Notes: generated from the sequence alone by a model not told the origin. A stretch of DNA of 64,000 bases from an uncultured Thermoplasmata archaeon (GCA_963787465.1 CAWBDD010000018.1:29612-93611); one strand, 5' to 3'. Shown: positions 50,042 to 61,527, counted from the first letter of the stretch. Numbers and translations: made by a program.

Positions 50042-51736
50042 TCAACGCCCGCCGAGGGCCGTTACGACACCCGTCCCTGCTTCTCGCACTCGTGGGTCGA
50101 GCAGGATGCGTGCAAGCCGGGCAAGGAGGTCGCGAAGTACATCGTGGACGGGGTGCCAGTGAGGATAGTCAACAGGGAGGCCAGGAGCCACGGCGAGTAC
50201 ATCTTCGACCCTCCCGAGTACAGGCTCCCTCCCCGCCATCTCCAGACCCTCGGCGAGGCTTCGCGGGAGATCTCCGACGCCGTCCCCGCCGATGTCGAGC
50301 TCAACTCCCTTTGGATGCTCAGACCGTACATCAAGTCGAGGGCGAAGGACCTCATCTACCGGAAACTGGTCATGTCGGCCGACGAAGGGAGTGATGCGAA
50401 GGATGTCGACAGGGAGAGCGACTTCCTCGCGGACCTCCTGTGCAGGTACACGGCCGGATACGGCGCCCTCGAGATACTCCTCAAGGACCCGAACGTCCAG
50501 GACATCTACGTGGACGCACCCTCCAGCCAGACGCCTGTCGAGGTCGTGCTCAGGTCGGAGGTCGGCGGGGCGGTCCGACAGAAGTGTCGGACGAACCTGT
50601 ACGTGGGCGCGCGTGACCTGGCATCGCTCGTCTCGCGCGTGAAGTTCGAGACAGGGCAGGCCGTTCTCCGAGGCGCGACCCGTGCTGGAGGCGGACATGA
50701 CCCGGCTCGGGGCGAGGATCACTATAGTGGGCCCCCCATTGAGCGACAAGGGGCATCTCCGTCGCGATAAGGAAGCATTCGCCCGCCGCGTGGACGATGC
50801 CCGCCCTTGTGGCGAACGGCTCGTTGTCGCCGCTCCTGTCGAGCTTCCTGTGGGCGTGTGTCGTGGGCAGGAGGACCGCGCTGATCGCCGGGAGCAGGGG
50901 CGCGGGGAAGACCACGCTCCTCGGGGCCATGATGATGGAGTTCCCGCTCTCCCAGAGGATCGTGGTGATAGAAGACACCCCGGAGATACCGCTCAGGAGG
51001 CTCCAGGAGATCGGCTACGACCTCTCGTCGCTGAGGTTCACCTCGGACGGGCAGGACGACAAGGGCTCGGCCAGGGAGGCCCTCAGGGTGAGCCTTAGGA
51101 TGGGGGAGAGCGCCATCGTCATAGGCGAGGTGAGGGGCGAAGAGGCGAAGGTCCTGTACGAGAGCATGAGGGCCGGGAGCGCCGGGTCATCCGTGCTCGG
51201 GACCATCCACGGGAACTCCGCGAAGGGCGTCCTGGACAGGGCGGTCGAGGACCTCGGGGGTCTCCGAGAGGGCCTTCTCGTCCACGGACATCATCGTCGT
51301 GATCGGGCTCATGCGGTCGCCGGACGGCGCGACCTTCACCAGGAGGGTGACCCAGGTCACCGAGGTCAGGGAGGTCGATGGGAAGGTCGTTCTAGTCGAC
51401 CTCTTCGCCACCGACCCCGGATGCTCCTGCGCGAAGCCCACGGCGGAGTTCTCGCCGAGGTGCAAGACGATGATTGGCATCGCGGACGCCCTGGGCATCC
51501 ATCCCGAGTCAGCGATGGACATCGTGAAGACGCGCGCGCACGCCGACCAGATCATGTCGGAGGTCAGGCGGCGCCACCACATGCTCCGACTCCGTGCGGG
51601 TCGACTCCAACGAGTTCCTCGCCCAGGCGCTCTTCCTGCCGGAGGGGCCGGAGGCCGGGCTCGAGAGGTGGAGGGGATGGTATGCCGGGAACGGGTCGAG
51701 GTGAGGCAGTGCAAAGGCAGGGCTCCAGGTATGTGA
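50042..51736 (+). CDS. type II/IV secretion (FlaI/PilB/TadA-like) ATPase, at least 2 apparent frameshifts
   Basis: N-domain (LLKDPNVQDIYVD), ...ITIVGPPLSDKG..., Walker A (IAGSRGAGKTTLL), EDTPE, GEVRGEEA, GTIHGNSA. C-terminal region has a CxC...C cluster. The three frames join via single extra C/G bases near 50662 and 50752. Start not resolved. Confidence 0.8.
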
Positions 51737-51756
51737 GTGCATGCGCAACCCTTGCC

Positions 51757-53508
51757 ATGATGGCCGACTGGCTCGGCGCCGGCCCTGCCGAGCCCCAGGG
51801 GAGCAGGAGGGGCGAGCCGCCAGAACCCCAGCGCATGGCGACTCTGAGGAAGGACCTGGAGCTCTCGATGCTCGGGGTCGGGGCGGGGACGGTGGCACGT
51901 GCCGCGAAGACCGCGGCGGTCCTGTCCGCCGCCGCGCTCGCATCCGCGACCGCCCTCGCGCTCCTCTTCCTGGGCACGACGCACGCGCTGGCACTGGCAT
52001 TCCTCACGATGGTAGTCCCGCTCCTCGCGGCCGAGGCCGTCAAGAGCTACCCTTCCGCGGTGGCTGCAAGGCGCGCCGCGGCGGTCCTCAAGGACTCGAC
52101 GGGGGCGGCCAACCTGATGATCATGAGCCTCAGGCACCAACCGTCGATACCGAAAGCGATCAGGTTCGCGACCAGCCGCAAGGACGAGTTCTCCAAGGAG
52201 CTGAGGAGGTGCACCTGGAACGTGGTCATGGGTCGACACCAGAGCTTCGAGGACGCCCTGCAGTCGCTCGGAGACAGGTGGGCGCAGCACAGCACTGAGC
52301 TGAAGGCCGCCCTCAACTCGATGGTCACCGCATCGTGCGAGGCGACCGAGGAGGGGAAGAGGAGGGCGCTGGACCGCGCGAACAGATCCATGGTGGCAGG
52401 GGCGAGGCGCAGGATAGAGGACTACGCGCTCTCGCTCTCGACCCCGAGCATGGTGATGTTCGGGATGGGCATCCTGCTTCCGATCATGGTCGGTTCCTTC
52501 CTGCCTATGATGTCGTGGGACCTGTGGTCCCCCGCGTCCGGCGGCCCGCCGTCGGAAGGGTCCTCCTCGAGCATCATCATCCAGACCGCGTTCATCATGA
52601 ATCTCGTGTTCCCGCTCGTTGCGTTCGTGGTGGCGAACGACGCCGCATCGAAGCACCCGCTCGAGAGGGCGGCCTCCGGTACACGGTACGGCGCCGCCGT
52701 CGGTATGACGGTCCCTGCGATCGCGGCGGCATCCTCCGCTGCGATGCTGCTCACCTCCCTGCTCCTCCTTGATGGGATGTGGATGGCCGCCTGCGTGCTC
52801 ATGTCCGTCATCCTGCCGCTCGCGGCCGTGCTGATGGCCATCGGACGCGGCGACCCTCGGTCGCCCAGCGGGAGCACGAGGACGGGGCTGGAGGACGGGC
52901 TGTTCCGGACCGGTGCCAGGATGCTCGAGGGCGAGAACTTCGAGACCGCCCTCAGGAGGTCGGCAGAGGACGTCGGGAGGGAGGACGGCATGTCGATGCG
53001 GCGGCTCGCGGTCGGGTCGTGCGTCCTCGGCCTGGACCTGGGCCAGGCGCTCTCGGAGGACAGGTCCCTGGCGGGGTCGAACGCCGCCGAGGCGTTCATG
53101 GTTGTCCGCGAGGCGGCCAGGAAGGACGAGCGCTCCGCGGGGCTGCTGGCGATGGACATCGCGGCCTATCTGCGGGACCTCAGGGAGCTCGAGTCGTCGT
53201 TGAAGAGCAGGCTCCGGCCGACCGTGTCGATGATGCGCATGACGGCGCACGTGCTCGGGCCGGTGGTGCTCGGCGTCACCTACTCGATATACCTGACCCT
53301 GTCGGGTATGCTGGACGGCCAGGGGATGGATCCCAGCTGGCTCTTCCTGATCCTCGGGGCCTTCCTCGCGGAGACCAACCTGGCGGTGACCTACTTCGTG
53401 TGGGGGATCCAAGGCAGGCCCGGGAAGAAGGCGCTGGCACGTTCGGCGGGGGCATGCCTGCTCGTGTCAGAACTCGTGTACACGGCCACGGCGGTGTTGG
53501 CCAGCTGA
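51757..53508 (+). CDS. FlaJ/TadC-like (T2SS F-domain) polytopic membrane protein
   Basis: 584 aa from MMADWLG. Two repeats of the GspF-like helical/TM architecture. Located immediately after the secretion ATPase. Confidence 0.7.
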   Translation: MMADWLGAGPAEPQGSRRGEPPEPQRMATLRKDLELSMLGVGAGTVARAAKTAAVLSAAALASATALALLFLGTTHALALAFLTMVVPLLAAEAVKSYPSAVAARRAAAVLKDSTGAANLMIMSLRHQPSIPKAIRFATSRKDEFSKELRRCTWNVVMGRHQSFEDALQSLGDRWAQHSTELKAALNSMVTASCEATEEGKRRALDRANRSMVAGARRRIEDYALSLSTPSMVMFGMGILLPIMVGSFLPMMSWDLWSPASGGPPSEGSSSSIIIQTAFIMNLVFPLVAFVVANDAASKHPLERAASGTRYGAAVGMTVPAIAAASSAAMLLTSLLLLDGMWMAACVLMSVILPLAAVLMAIGRGDPRSPSGSTRTGLEDGLFRTGARMLEGENFETALRRSAEDVGREDGMSMRRLAVGSCVLGLDLGQALSEDRSLAGSNAAEAFMVVREAARKDERSAGLLAMDIAAYLRDLRELESSLKSRLRPTVSMMRMTAHVLGPVVLGVTYSIYLTLSGMLDGQGMDPSWLFLILGAFLAETNLAVTYFVWGIQGRPGKKALARSAGACLLVSELVYTATAVLAS

Positions 53509-53511
53509 GGA

Positions 53512-54072
53512 TCACACGTCGCCGATGCCCGGAATCCGCTCCATGTTCCTCTCGAGGAGGGCGACCTCCTTCGTCTCGAAGGCCCTCGGGTCGACGGGGA
53601 GGATCATCAGTGTTGAGCTCTGCGAGATGTGGTCGTTGACCTGGTCGATCATCCTGAGGACCTTCGCGAAGTCGTTGTTCGAGACCAGGTACTCTATACC
53701 GTCGAGGAGGATGACACCGTTCTCGTGCTCCTCGACGAAATTGATGAGCGTGTGGGTCAGGATGCCGAGGTTGGTCGGGGCGATCACATCAGGACCGGTC
53801 TTGGTGGCCAGCCAGTAGATGGGTGTCCTCTCCAGACCGTACTTCTGCCTGACGAGGTCCGGGTGCTGGCGCGTGACCGCAAGTCCGACGGGCTTCTTCC
53901 CCTCCTCGTGCGTGTTGATGAGGTTGGCGAAGGCGTCGAAGCTCATGTCGGGCGGGGACTCCTCCACGACGTACGCCCGCCCCTGCTGGAGCTTGTACTT
54001 CCTCGATATGCCGAGGCTGCTCTCCTTGTCGGCCTTCTTGTCCTTGGACTTCTTGAATAGGAAGAGGCTCAT
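53512..54072 (-). CDS. DUF835 domain protein
   Basis: 186 aa, homologous to the C-terminal domain of 34559..36382 (..ILLDGIEYLVSNNDFAKVLRMIDQVND..). Confidence 0.6.
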   Translation of the reverse strand: MSLFLFKKSKDKKADKESSLGISRKYKLQQGRAYVVEESPPDMSFDAFANLINTHEEGKKPVGLAVTRQHPDLVRQKYGLERTPIYWLATKTGPDVIAPTNLGILTHTLINFVEEHENGVILLDGIEYLVSNNDFAKVLRMIDQVNDHISQSSTLMILPVDPRAFETKEVALLERNMERIPGIGDV

Positions 54073-54076
54073 CTGC

Positions 54077-54442
54077 TCAGTCGCTCCACATCGCGAGGAC
54101 CGAGCTCAGGGCGATCGCGTTCGTGGGCTTCAGGAGGAAGTCCTTCGCGCCCGCGTCCAGGCTCTGGCGGATCATCGTCTTGTTTATGATGGAACTCATG
54201 GCGATGACCGTCGCGGACGGGTCGGCCGCGATGATCTCCTTGGTGACCTCGACCCCGGACTTGCCAGGGAGGATCATGTCCACGAAAGTGAACTTGGGCC
54301 GCTCGCGCTTGAACACCTCGACGGCCTGCTCGAAGTCCTCCGCCTCGAGTATGTCATGGAATCCCGCGCGCACAAGAAGCTCCATCATGACCTTCCTGAA
54401 GGCCTCCGAGTCGTCCACGACGAGGATTTTCAGATGAATCAC
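54077..54442 (-). CDS. CheY-like response regulator receiver domain
   Basis: LVVDDS...D(54)-MILPGKSG...KP receiver motifs. TATA (CTATAATATC on the minus strand) about 30 nt upstream. Confidence 0.85.
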   Translation of the reverse strand: MIHLKILVVDDSEAFRKVMMELLVRAGFHDILEAEDFEQAVEVFKRERPKFTFVDMILPGKSGVEVTKEIIAADPSATVIAMSSIINKTMIRQSLDAGAKDFLLKPTNAIALSSVLAMWSD

Positions 54443-54768
54443 CTAGACATGTCCGAATCGCCGTCAGCGATATTATAGCTTGTCAGGGGAAGGGTGAGAT
54501 GGGCAGGCAATTGATTTCCTGACGCCAGGCCCTTCCTCCATAATGTTTTGGAGCACGGTTCCTCAAAGGTAGCGTGCGACAAGGGAAGGGACTTACAGGC
54601 TACCCATCTCGGGTATGTCTTGTCCCCGCGAGGCCTTAAATCTTGCCCCTCGCCAGCTCCGTCGAGCCTGCGTGAAGGGGAGGCAAGGAACAAATAATAT
54701 ATACGAGCACGGGCATTCTTCACAAAACCACTTCTGATACCATCAGTTTTCATCGACGGTGTTATTTC

Positions 54769-55407
54769 ATGAACGATGATGGAATGGTCAAGAAAGGCAC
54801 GACCACGATAGGGCTAGTCTGCAAGGAAGGAGTAGTCTTGGCCACGGAGATGAGGGCCACGATGGGCACGCTCATCGCCCACAAGACGACCCAGAAGCTG
54901 TTCAAGATCGACGACAACCTCGGCCTCACAGTCGCCGGGACGGTCGGCGACGCCCAGACCCTCGCGAGGTACATAACCGCAGAGGTTGAGCTCTACAAGC
55001 TCAAGAGGGGACAGCCGATGTCCGTCAGGTCCGCGGCGACACTCACCTCGAACATACTCGCCGGGAGCAGATACTACCCGTACTGGGTCGGCCTGATCAT
55101 AGGCGGGGTCGACCGCGACGGGAGCCACGTCTACTCGCTCGACATGGTCGGCGGGGCGATCCCCGACGAGTTCGTCACGACCGGCTCCGGTTCGCCGTAC
55201 GTGTACGGTGTCCTGGAGGACCACTTCCAGAAGGGGATGACGATGAGCGACACGGTCGACTTGGCCGTCAGGAGCCTGCACGCCGCGATGAAGCGCGATT
55301 CTGCGTCCGGTGACGGCATGTCAATCGTATCCATAACGCCGGAGGCCTTCACGCCGCTGGACGAGAAGGACATCCAGAAGCGCGTGGCGAGGATGAAGCT
55401 CACCTAG
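54769..55407 (+). CDS. psmB: proteasome beta subunit
   Basis: Propeptide then GTTTIGL (Thr1). Ntn-hydrolase fold. Confidence 0.9.
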   Translation: MNDDGMVKKGTTTIGLVCKEGVVLATEMRATMGTLIAHKTTQKLFKIDDNLGLTVAGTVGDAQTLARYITAEVELYKLKRGQPMSVRSAATLTSNILAGSRYYPYWVGLIIGGVDRDGSHVYSLDMVGGAIPDEFVTTGSGSPYVYGVLEDHFQKGMTMSDTVDLAVRSLHAAMKRDSASGDGMSIVSITPEAFTPLDEKDIQKRVARMKLT

Positions 55408-55475
55408 ATGGCATCCAAGGCATCACGGGCGGCTTCCGTGCCGCACCACGACCGACAAGAATCACATTCAGCTGA

Positions 55476-57398
55476 GTGAATCCAATGGGCATAGAGAAGG
55501 TTCTAGAAGAAGCCAGGGAGGCAGTGAGGAAGACCATCCCCTCCCACATCGAGGTCACCGACGTGGACTTCGAGGGGCCGGTGATAGTCATTTACACCCG
55601 CAACCTCGAGGAGTTCGCGCACAACAACGACCTCGTCCGTCAGCTGGCGCAGTCCCTCAGGAGGAGGGTAGCGATAAGACCAGACCCCAAGATGCTGGCG
55701 GAGACCGAGAGCGCCGAGGAGCGCATCAGGAAGATCATTCCGGACGAGGCGAAGATAACCAACATCTACTTCGAGGACGACACTGGCGAGGTGACCATCG
55801 AGGCGCTCTCGCCCGGTCTCGTGATCGGCAAGCACGGGGCGGTCCTCAACGAGATCAAGAAGGAGATAGGCTGGGCGCCGAAGGTCGTCAGGGCGCCCCC
55901 GATACCCTCCAAGACCGTGAGCGACATCCGCACCTACCTCAGGAAGGTCCAGGACGAGAGGAAGGACTTCCTCCGGAAGGTGGGGAAGAAGCTGATGCGC
56001 CAGAAGGCCTCCGATGACACCATCCTGAGGATCACCGCGCTCGGCGGCTTCCGCGAGGTCGGAAGGAGCGCCGCCCTGCTGATGACCAGGGAGAGCAAGG
56101 TGCTCATAGACTGCGGCGTCGCGGTATCCGCGGACGAGAACGGCTCCACGCCCTACCTGAACGCCCCCGAGCTCCAGCCACTTGACTCAATTGATGGCGT
56201 CGTCGTGACGCACGCACACCTCGACCACTCCGGACTCGTCCCCGCCCTGTTCAAGTACGGCTACGAGGGCCCGATATACTGCACGCCTCCGACCAGGGAC
56301 CTGATGTCCCTGCTCCAGGTCGATTTCATCAAGGTCGCGGTCGGCGAGGCGAAGAAGGCGCCCTACGAATCTTCGCACGTGCGCGAGACGGTCATGCACT
56401 GCATCCCCCTCAAGTACGGCGAGACCACAGACATCTCACCAGACATCAGGCTCACGTTCCAGAACGCCGGGCACATCCTCGGCTCCGCGATCGCCCACTT
56501 CCACGTCGGCGACGGACTCTACAACATCGCATTCTCTGGCGACATCAAGTTCGAGAAGTCCTGGCTCTTCAACGCCACGGTGAACAAGTTCCCAAGGCTG
56601 GAGACCCTGGTCATAGAATCGACCTACGGCGGGTACCACGACATGCAGCCCAGCCGGCAGGAGGCGGCCAACCAGATGAAGGAGATCGTCAGGACCGCCC
56701 TCGCGAGGGGCGGCAAGGTCCTCATCCCCGTCTTCGCAGTCGGGAGGTCCCAGGAGGTCATGCTCGTCCTCGAGGAAGGGATGAGGAACCACCAGATCCA
56801 GAGGGCCCCCATCTACCTCGACGGGATGATATGGGAGGCCACGGCCATCCACACGGCGTACCCCGAGTACCTGAACAGCCAGCTCAGGACCCAGATCTTC
56901 CAGATGGGTGAGAACCCGTTCCTGTCCGACATCTTCAAGCGTGTCGACAGCTCCGAGATGAGGGAGCGCATCGCCCACGACCCCGAGCCATGCATCGTGC
57001 TCGCGACGAGCGGCATGATGAACGGAGGGCCGGTCATGGAGTACTTCAAGTCATGGTGCGACAACCAGCAGAACACCCTCGTCTTCGTCGGGTTCCAGGG
57101 CGAGGGGACCATGGGTCGCAAGATCCAGAAGGGCTGGAACGACATCACTCTCAACGACCGCGGGAAGCAGCTCACCCTACACATGAGGATGGACGTCGAG
57201 ACGGTGGACGGGTTCTCCGGCCACTCGGACAGGCGCCAGCTGGTCAACTACATAAGCACCCTGGAGCCGAGGCCAGAGCGCATCATCATCGGCCACGGCG
57301 AGGACTTCAAGTGCTCCGACCTCGCGAGCACCATCTACAAGAAGTTCGGGATCGAGACGCGCGCGCCGATGAACCTCGAGACCATCAGGCTGAAGTGA
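55476..57398 (+). CDS. aCPSF1/FttA-type KH + beta-CASP metallo-beta-lactamase ribonuclease
   Basis: Two N-terminal KH domains. HAHLDHSG motif. Beta-CASP and C-terminal motifs. Confidence 0.9.
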   Translation: MNPMGIEKVLEEAREAVRKTIPSHIEVTDVDFEGPVIVIYTRNLEEFAHNNDLVRQLAQSLRRRVAIRPDPKMLAETESAEERIRKIIPDEAKITNIYFEDDTGEVTIEALSPGLVIGKHGAVLNEIKKEIGWAPKVVRAPPIPSKTVSDIRTYLRKVQDERKDFLRKVGKKLMRQKASDDTILRITALGGFREVGRSAALLMTRESKVLIDCGVAVSADENGSTPYLNAPELQPLDSIDGVVVTHAHLDHSGLVPALFKYGYEGPIYCTPPTRDLMSLLQVDFIKVAVGEAKKAPYESSHVRETVMHCIPLKYGETTDISPDIRLTFQNAGHILGSAIAHFHVGDGLYNIAFSGDIKFEKSWLFNATVNKFPRLETLVIESTYGGYHDMQPSRQEAANQMKEIVRTALARGGKVLIPVFAVGRSQEVMLVLEEGMRNHQIQRAPIYLDGMIWEATAIHTAYPEYLNSQLRTQIFQMGENPFLSDIFKRVDSSEMRERIAHDPEPCIVLATSGMMNGGPVMEYFKSWCDNQQNTLVFVGFQGEGTMGRKIQKGWNDITLNDRGKQLTLHMRMDVETVDGFSGHSDRRQLVNYISTLEPRPERIIIGHGEDFKCSDLASTIYKKFGIETRAPMNLETIRLK

Positions 57399-57402
57399 GC
57401 GC

Positions 57403-58329
57403 TCACCGGACGGACAGCCTCTCGCCCTTTCTGCCGACCAGGACGACCCTGCTGTCCTCCCTCTCCGCGAGCAGGTCCATGGAGAGACGGGAGGCCAGTC
57501 TCCCCGAGAACTCCCTCACCGAGGAGTGGGATGGCATGTTGTCGATCGTCATCCTCGTCCGCGAGTCGCCGACGAACACATAGCCCTTGGGTTCGATGAA
57601 GGTCGGGTCCGCGCGCTCGTCCAGCTTCGCGTACTCGTCCTCCCAGCCCAGGTTCCACCCCTTCACGAGGGTGTGCCGCACCACCGTGCGCGTGGACAGC
57701 GACGGCAGGAGGTCCAGGGTCGCCATCAGGTTCTCCCAGGCCCGCGGGAACTGCGGCACGCAGAGCCTCTCGAAGATGTCCTCGTTCGGTGCGGCGACCG
57801 TTACGTACAGCTGCGTGGGAAGGGTGGACAGGTTGGCCAGCGCCTCTGGGACAGAGCCGTTCGTGACGAGGAAAGTGGTCATCCCCCTCCGCTTGCACAG
57901 CGCGATGAACTCGCCCAGATCGGGGTACAAGGTCGGCTCACCAGAGAGTGATATGGCCACCTGGTTCGGCGTCCTAGCCTCCTCCCAGAGCTTGGGGTCG
58001 CAACGCTCGTCTCCCTTGAACCCTGACACGAGGAGCCTCTGCTCCTCCATGCACCTGTCCAGGAGGCGCTCTGGCTCCGGGTATCCGCCCTCCCCGAAGC
58101 CCGTCATGCCGTGGTACCTCCAACAGAACAGGCATCTCAGGTTGCAGACGTTGACGGCAGGGGTCATCTGCAGGCATCTGTGGCATTCGATGCCGTAGAA
58201 CTCCTCCTTGTAACACGAGCGGCCGTGTATCAGCTTCTGTCGCATCCAGTGGCACAGCTTCACCGCTCCGGCACCGTCGATGACGCGGTACTGCTGCCTC
58301 TCCAGGTGCTCCCTTGTCCTTTCGTCCAA
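57403..58329 (-). CDS. taw1: tRNA 4-demethylwyosine synthase (radical SAM, Taw1/TYW1)
   Basis: CNLRCLFCW radical-SAM cluster. C-terminal wyosine-base synthesis domain. Confidence 0.8.
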   Translation of the reverse strand: MDERTREHLERQQYRVIDGAGAVKLCHWMRQKLIHGRSCYKEEFYGIECHRCLQMTPAVNVCNLRCLFCWRYHGMTGFGEGGYPEPERLLDRCMEEQRLLVSGFKGDERCDPKLWEEARTPNQVAISLSGEPTLYPDLGEFIALCKRRGMTTFLVTNGSVPEALANLSTLPTQLYVTVAAPNEDIFERLCVPQFPRAWENLMATLDLLPSLSTRTVVRHTLVKGWNLGWEDEYAKLDERADPTFIEPKGYVFVGDSRTRMTIDNMPSHSSVREFSGRLASRLSMDLLAEREDSRVVLVGRKGERLSVR

Positions 58330-58338
58330 CGAGACCCC

Positions 58339-59655
58339 TCAGAAGTCCGTCAGGCTCCTCTTCCCCCTTCCGCCGGGCTTCGAGCCCGTCCTGCCAGCGC
58401 GGTCAGAGGGCCAGCTGCCCTTCACTGCCCTCACCTTCGCGACGATCTCGGAGACCTCCTTCGAATCCGGTTCGGTCCCGAGCAGATAGGCAATGTCACC
58501 CTCATCCAGCCCCGCACCGGTCGCCAGCCTCACCACGAAGTCCTTGTCCCTCCTCGCGAGCTCGGACAGGTACGGGAGGGTGGATTCCGCCACCCGTCTC
58601 GGCGATGCGTGGAGCACGGCTCCCAGCTTCCTGCACACGGATTCCCGGATCGTCCTCTGCCCCTTTGCGCGGGAGAGGACCATGAACTGCTGGGGGAAAC
58701 CGTAGTCTTCCACATGTGGCCGCGGGCTCGCGCCCCTCGACAGAGCCACACCACCCGTCATCAAGTCCTTCGCATGGGCCCAGAACCTGTAGTGTTGGAG
58801 CTTCCGCGTCCTCCCCAGATATACATCCGAACGAGAAAGCGCATCGAAGGCCGCGGCGACCTCCTCCGGCGTCCTGAACTCCCGGGTGATGCCCTCCTCG
58901 ATCCACTTCTCGAGCTCGTCCGGCGTCACGTCCAGGTCCATGGTCGCGTCCCTCGCGGCCTTCAACGTCCTTGCGCCAAAGACGCTCCTAAGCGCCACTG
59001 CCAGCTCCTTCTCCTGGTTCCTCTTACCCAGGGCGCCGGTGTCGCTCGACGAGACCGTCGACCTTCCCTCGACGAGCATCTGCAGGTCGTTGACCGCGGC
59101 CCGTAGGTCCCCCCCCAGCGTTGCCAGCTATGCTCTCCAGAGGCCCTTGCTCGACCGAGATGCCTCGACGCGGGCAACTCCTCGTCAGGACGTCGACGAC
59201 CACGCGTTTATCAGCGCCCATAGTCGTCTACGATGAGAATGATGGGCTGGCTCGATGACTTGATGACGTCCACTATCGCTTTCGCGCCGCCGTAGTCCCC
59301 TCCGTGGCGCGCCTTGTCCAGGACTATTAGCTTCATCCTGCCCTGGGCCGTTGACTTGAACTCCCCGTCGAGGGTCAACTGTCTGGGCATACCGCACCCT
59401 GGCGATGCGTTCAATTCGACTCGGCGTTCCTGTGGTCAGACGCGTTCATCGACCATGTCCCAGCCATAGTCGTTGCGCCAACGCCGAGCTGAGTCTTGCC
59501 TATTCCGGGGCTCCCCCATCAACACGAGCGCCTTCTTCTGAGGGATGCCTCTGACGATGCATCAGCCCACCGCTTCATGTGCGAACGGCTTTCAGACCTC
59601 GGCAAGAGTCTTGGGCTCTTGGTCCACTTTCGCATCTCGACCGCGCGATAGGGCA
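58339..59655 (-). pseudogene. rfcL: replication factor C large subunit, left (inverted) copy, broken into at least 3 frames
   Basis: C-terminal 246 aa intact (..TPDELEKWIEEGI..). The middle ([20 protein letters not shown]) and N-terminus ([11 protein letters not shown]) lie in other frames. Mirror image of 63465..64000. Confidence 0.6.
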
Positions 59656-61527
59656 TCAAGGACTTAATCCCGCGGGGTCTCGTGGCGCGCTTCTATTGGC
59701 AGGGGTGCGGCAGCCCCTGTTCAGACCGACATTTAACCAAATATATGTGTAAAATGTTTATATGGAAATAGTTTAGCATGATGCTACAGTCGCAGAGCAG
59801 CCAAGGAGCTCGAGTGGTTCGGACTGGCGGAAACCCCCTCCTCGTCCCGAGCCGTCCCAGCCTCCCCTGATTCATCAGACCGTGATGCCCGGGAGGAGAC
59901 GTCTGGACAGGTGCCCTTGCGGTCGTCCATCGTGAGGTATGCGCGACCTCGATGTGGGAGTGCCCCAAGGGCGGAGAACCTGAGGTCTATGCTAATAGTC
60001 AGTGCCTGGACGGCGTGAGTGTGTCTTAGGAACTGCTGCGGGTGGCGCTTATCTGGCTCGATGCCGACCTTCTCGGCGTAGTTGGAGACCAGCCGCTCCA
60101 CCTGCCGCCTGGACAGCGGGCCACGCTTGTTCGAGACGAAGAGCGGATCTTCCGGTTCTTCCTCGTGCCGATATAGTCGTGGAGCATCGTCTTGGTCCAA
60201 CTGTTATTTTTGGAACCTCGCGGCTCCTGAGCCTCTTCGCCCTCTGAATCGTTACCTCGCTCGATGCTCACCGATTGTCAAGGACGAATGGCTCGCCGAC
60301 CCTCATCCCCGTTTCGTACATGAGTCGCAATTGCAATTACAATTGGATCGTGCATCGTCTAGGAGCTTCGAGCAACGCCTTTAGCTCGTCCTCCTTGAGA
60401 TACTTTCTCATGGTAGAATCCATTGTTGGACCATTGTCGGACAAAGCATCGGTTTATGTCTATATAAAAATGACGCATTTTGGGTCTAAAATACGCTGCA
60501 GCCCCCTCTACCCCCTCCCCACCCCAAGTTACGACAACTTATACCCGTTTGTTGCCGTCTCGTCCGTGGCTCATGTCCAGAAGCCCCAACTCATGAGGAA
60601 TTCGTGCTACTCCGTATCACGGTTCTGGAAAAAGGGGCTAAAACCCCCCTAGGAGACACCGAAAAAAGGGGATCAAGCCCGGAGATTACCCTTTGCCCCC
60701 TACGGGGGCAGGCACGGCCCTGAATACATCATATCGATTGATTTTCATAGTATGTACCGCAAGGACCGCAGTTTGTATACCTCATACCTAAACGGCCGTC
60801 CGACGACGGCGGACGGCGTGCTATGTCACTGCACGACACGGACGACTTACTCAGCGTGAGCCACGCTAACACGTCGCTATATCTCGCGGTGAGGACGCAT
60901 ACGATTGGTGATGAGAGGCTAGACCCCAATTTGTTGACGGCCGGGCCCAAACTTAGGACCCCGGTGGGTAACCCCCAGACAGCCAGCACCCTGCCAGAGC
61001 GCATATTCCCTCGAGAATGCGAACCCATAGAGCCACCGTGCCTAACATCACAGCGCATGCACTGAGGCGACAATATGGTACACATAGCATTTGTAAATGT
61101 AGTTGTGCATCTCCAAATTCTTGTATATGTACTGCATATAATGCACCTTGTCGGGGTCTGCCTATCAAATACAAGAATCTCGAATAACGGAGCGAAGGCT
61201 CTAATACGAAATCACGCTCGAACAGGCGAGGGAATTACGCCGAGCAAAAGATCATCGCACTCTCCACTTCTTCAGAGGACCATCTGGGTGTCATCTGAGT
61301 TTCTCTCGTGGACATTCTCCAGGAACAGTACAATTAAATCTGGGAGGTCCGCGTGGCCAGCACCCGAAGAGACTGCGCAAGCCGAGGCACAGGATTCGGA
61401 GGACGGATTTGTCGAGGCACAGCGCATTTCGACCCCTCTAATAACACGGGCGCCTTGGCAGGGGAAGCGACAGAAGAGTGCGGCGGTCGTTCCGCGCTTC
61501 ATGATGGCCGGAAGTGAGTCCATGGTC
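59130..61527. repeat. left arm of giant palindrome (inverted repeat)
   Basis: Reverse complement matches 61543..64000 at roughly 95% with scattered indels and substitutions. The arm probably extends left to 58339. Confidence 0.9.
59784..60411 (-). pseudogene. degenerate inverted copy of the small tyrosine recombinase
   Basis: Segments NSWTKTMLHDYIGTRKNRK and DPLFVSNKRGPLSRRQVERLVSNYAEKVGIEPDKRHP are identical to the right-hand recombinase but interrupted by several indels. Confidence 0.55.
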
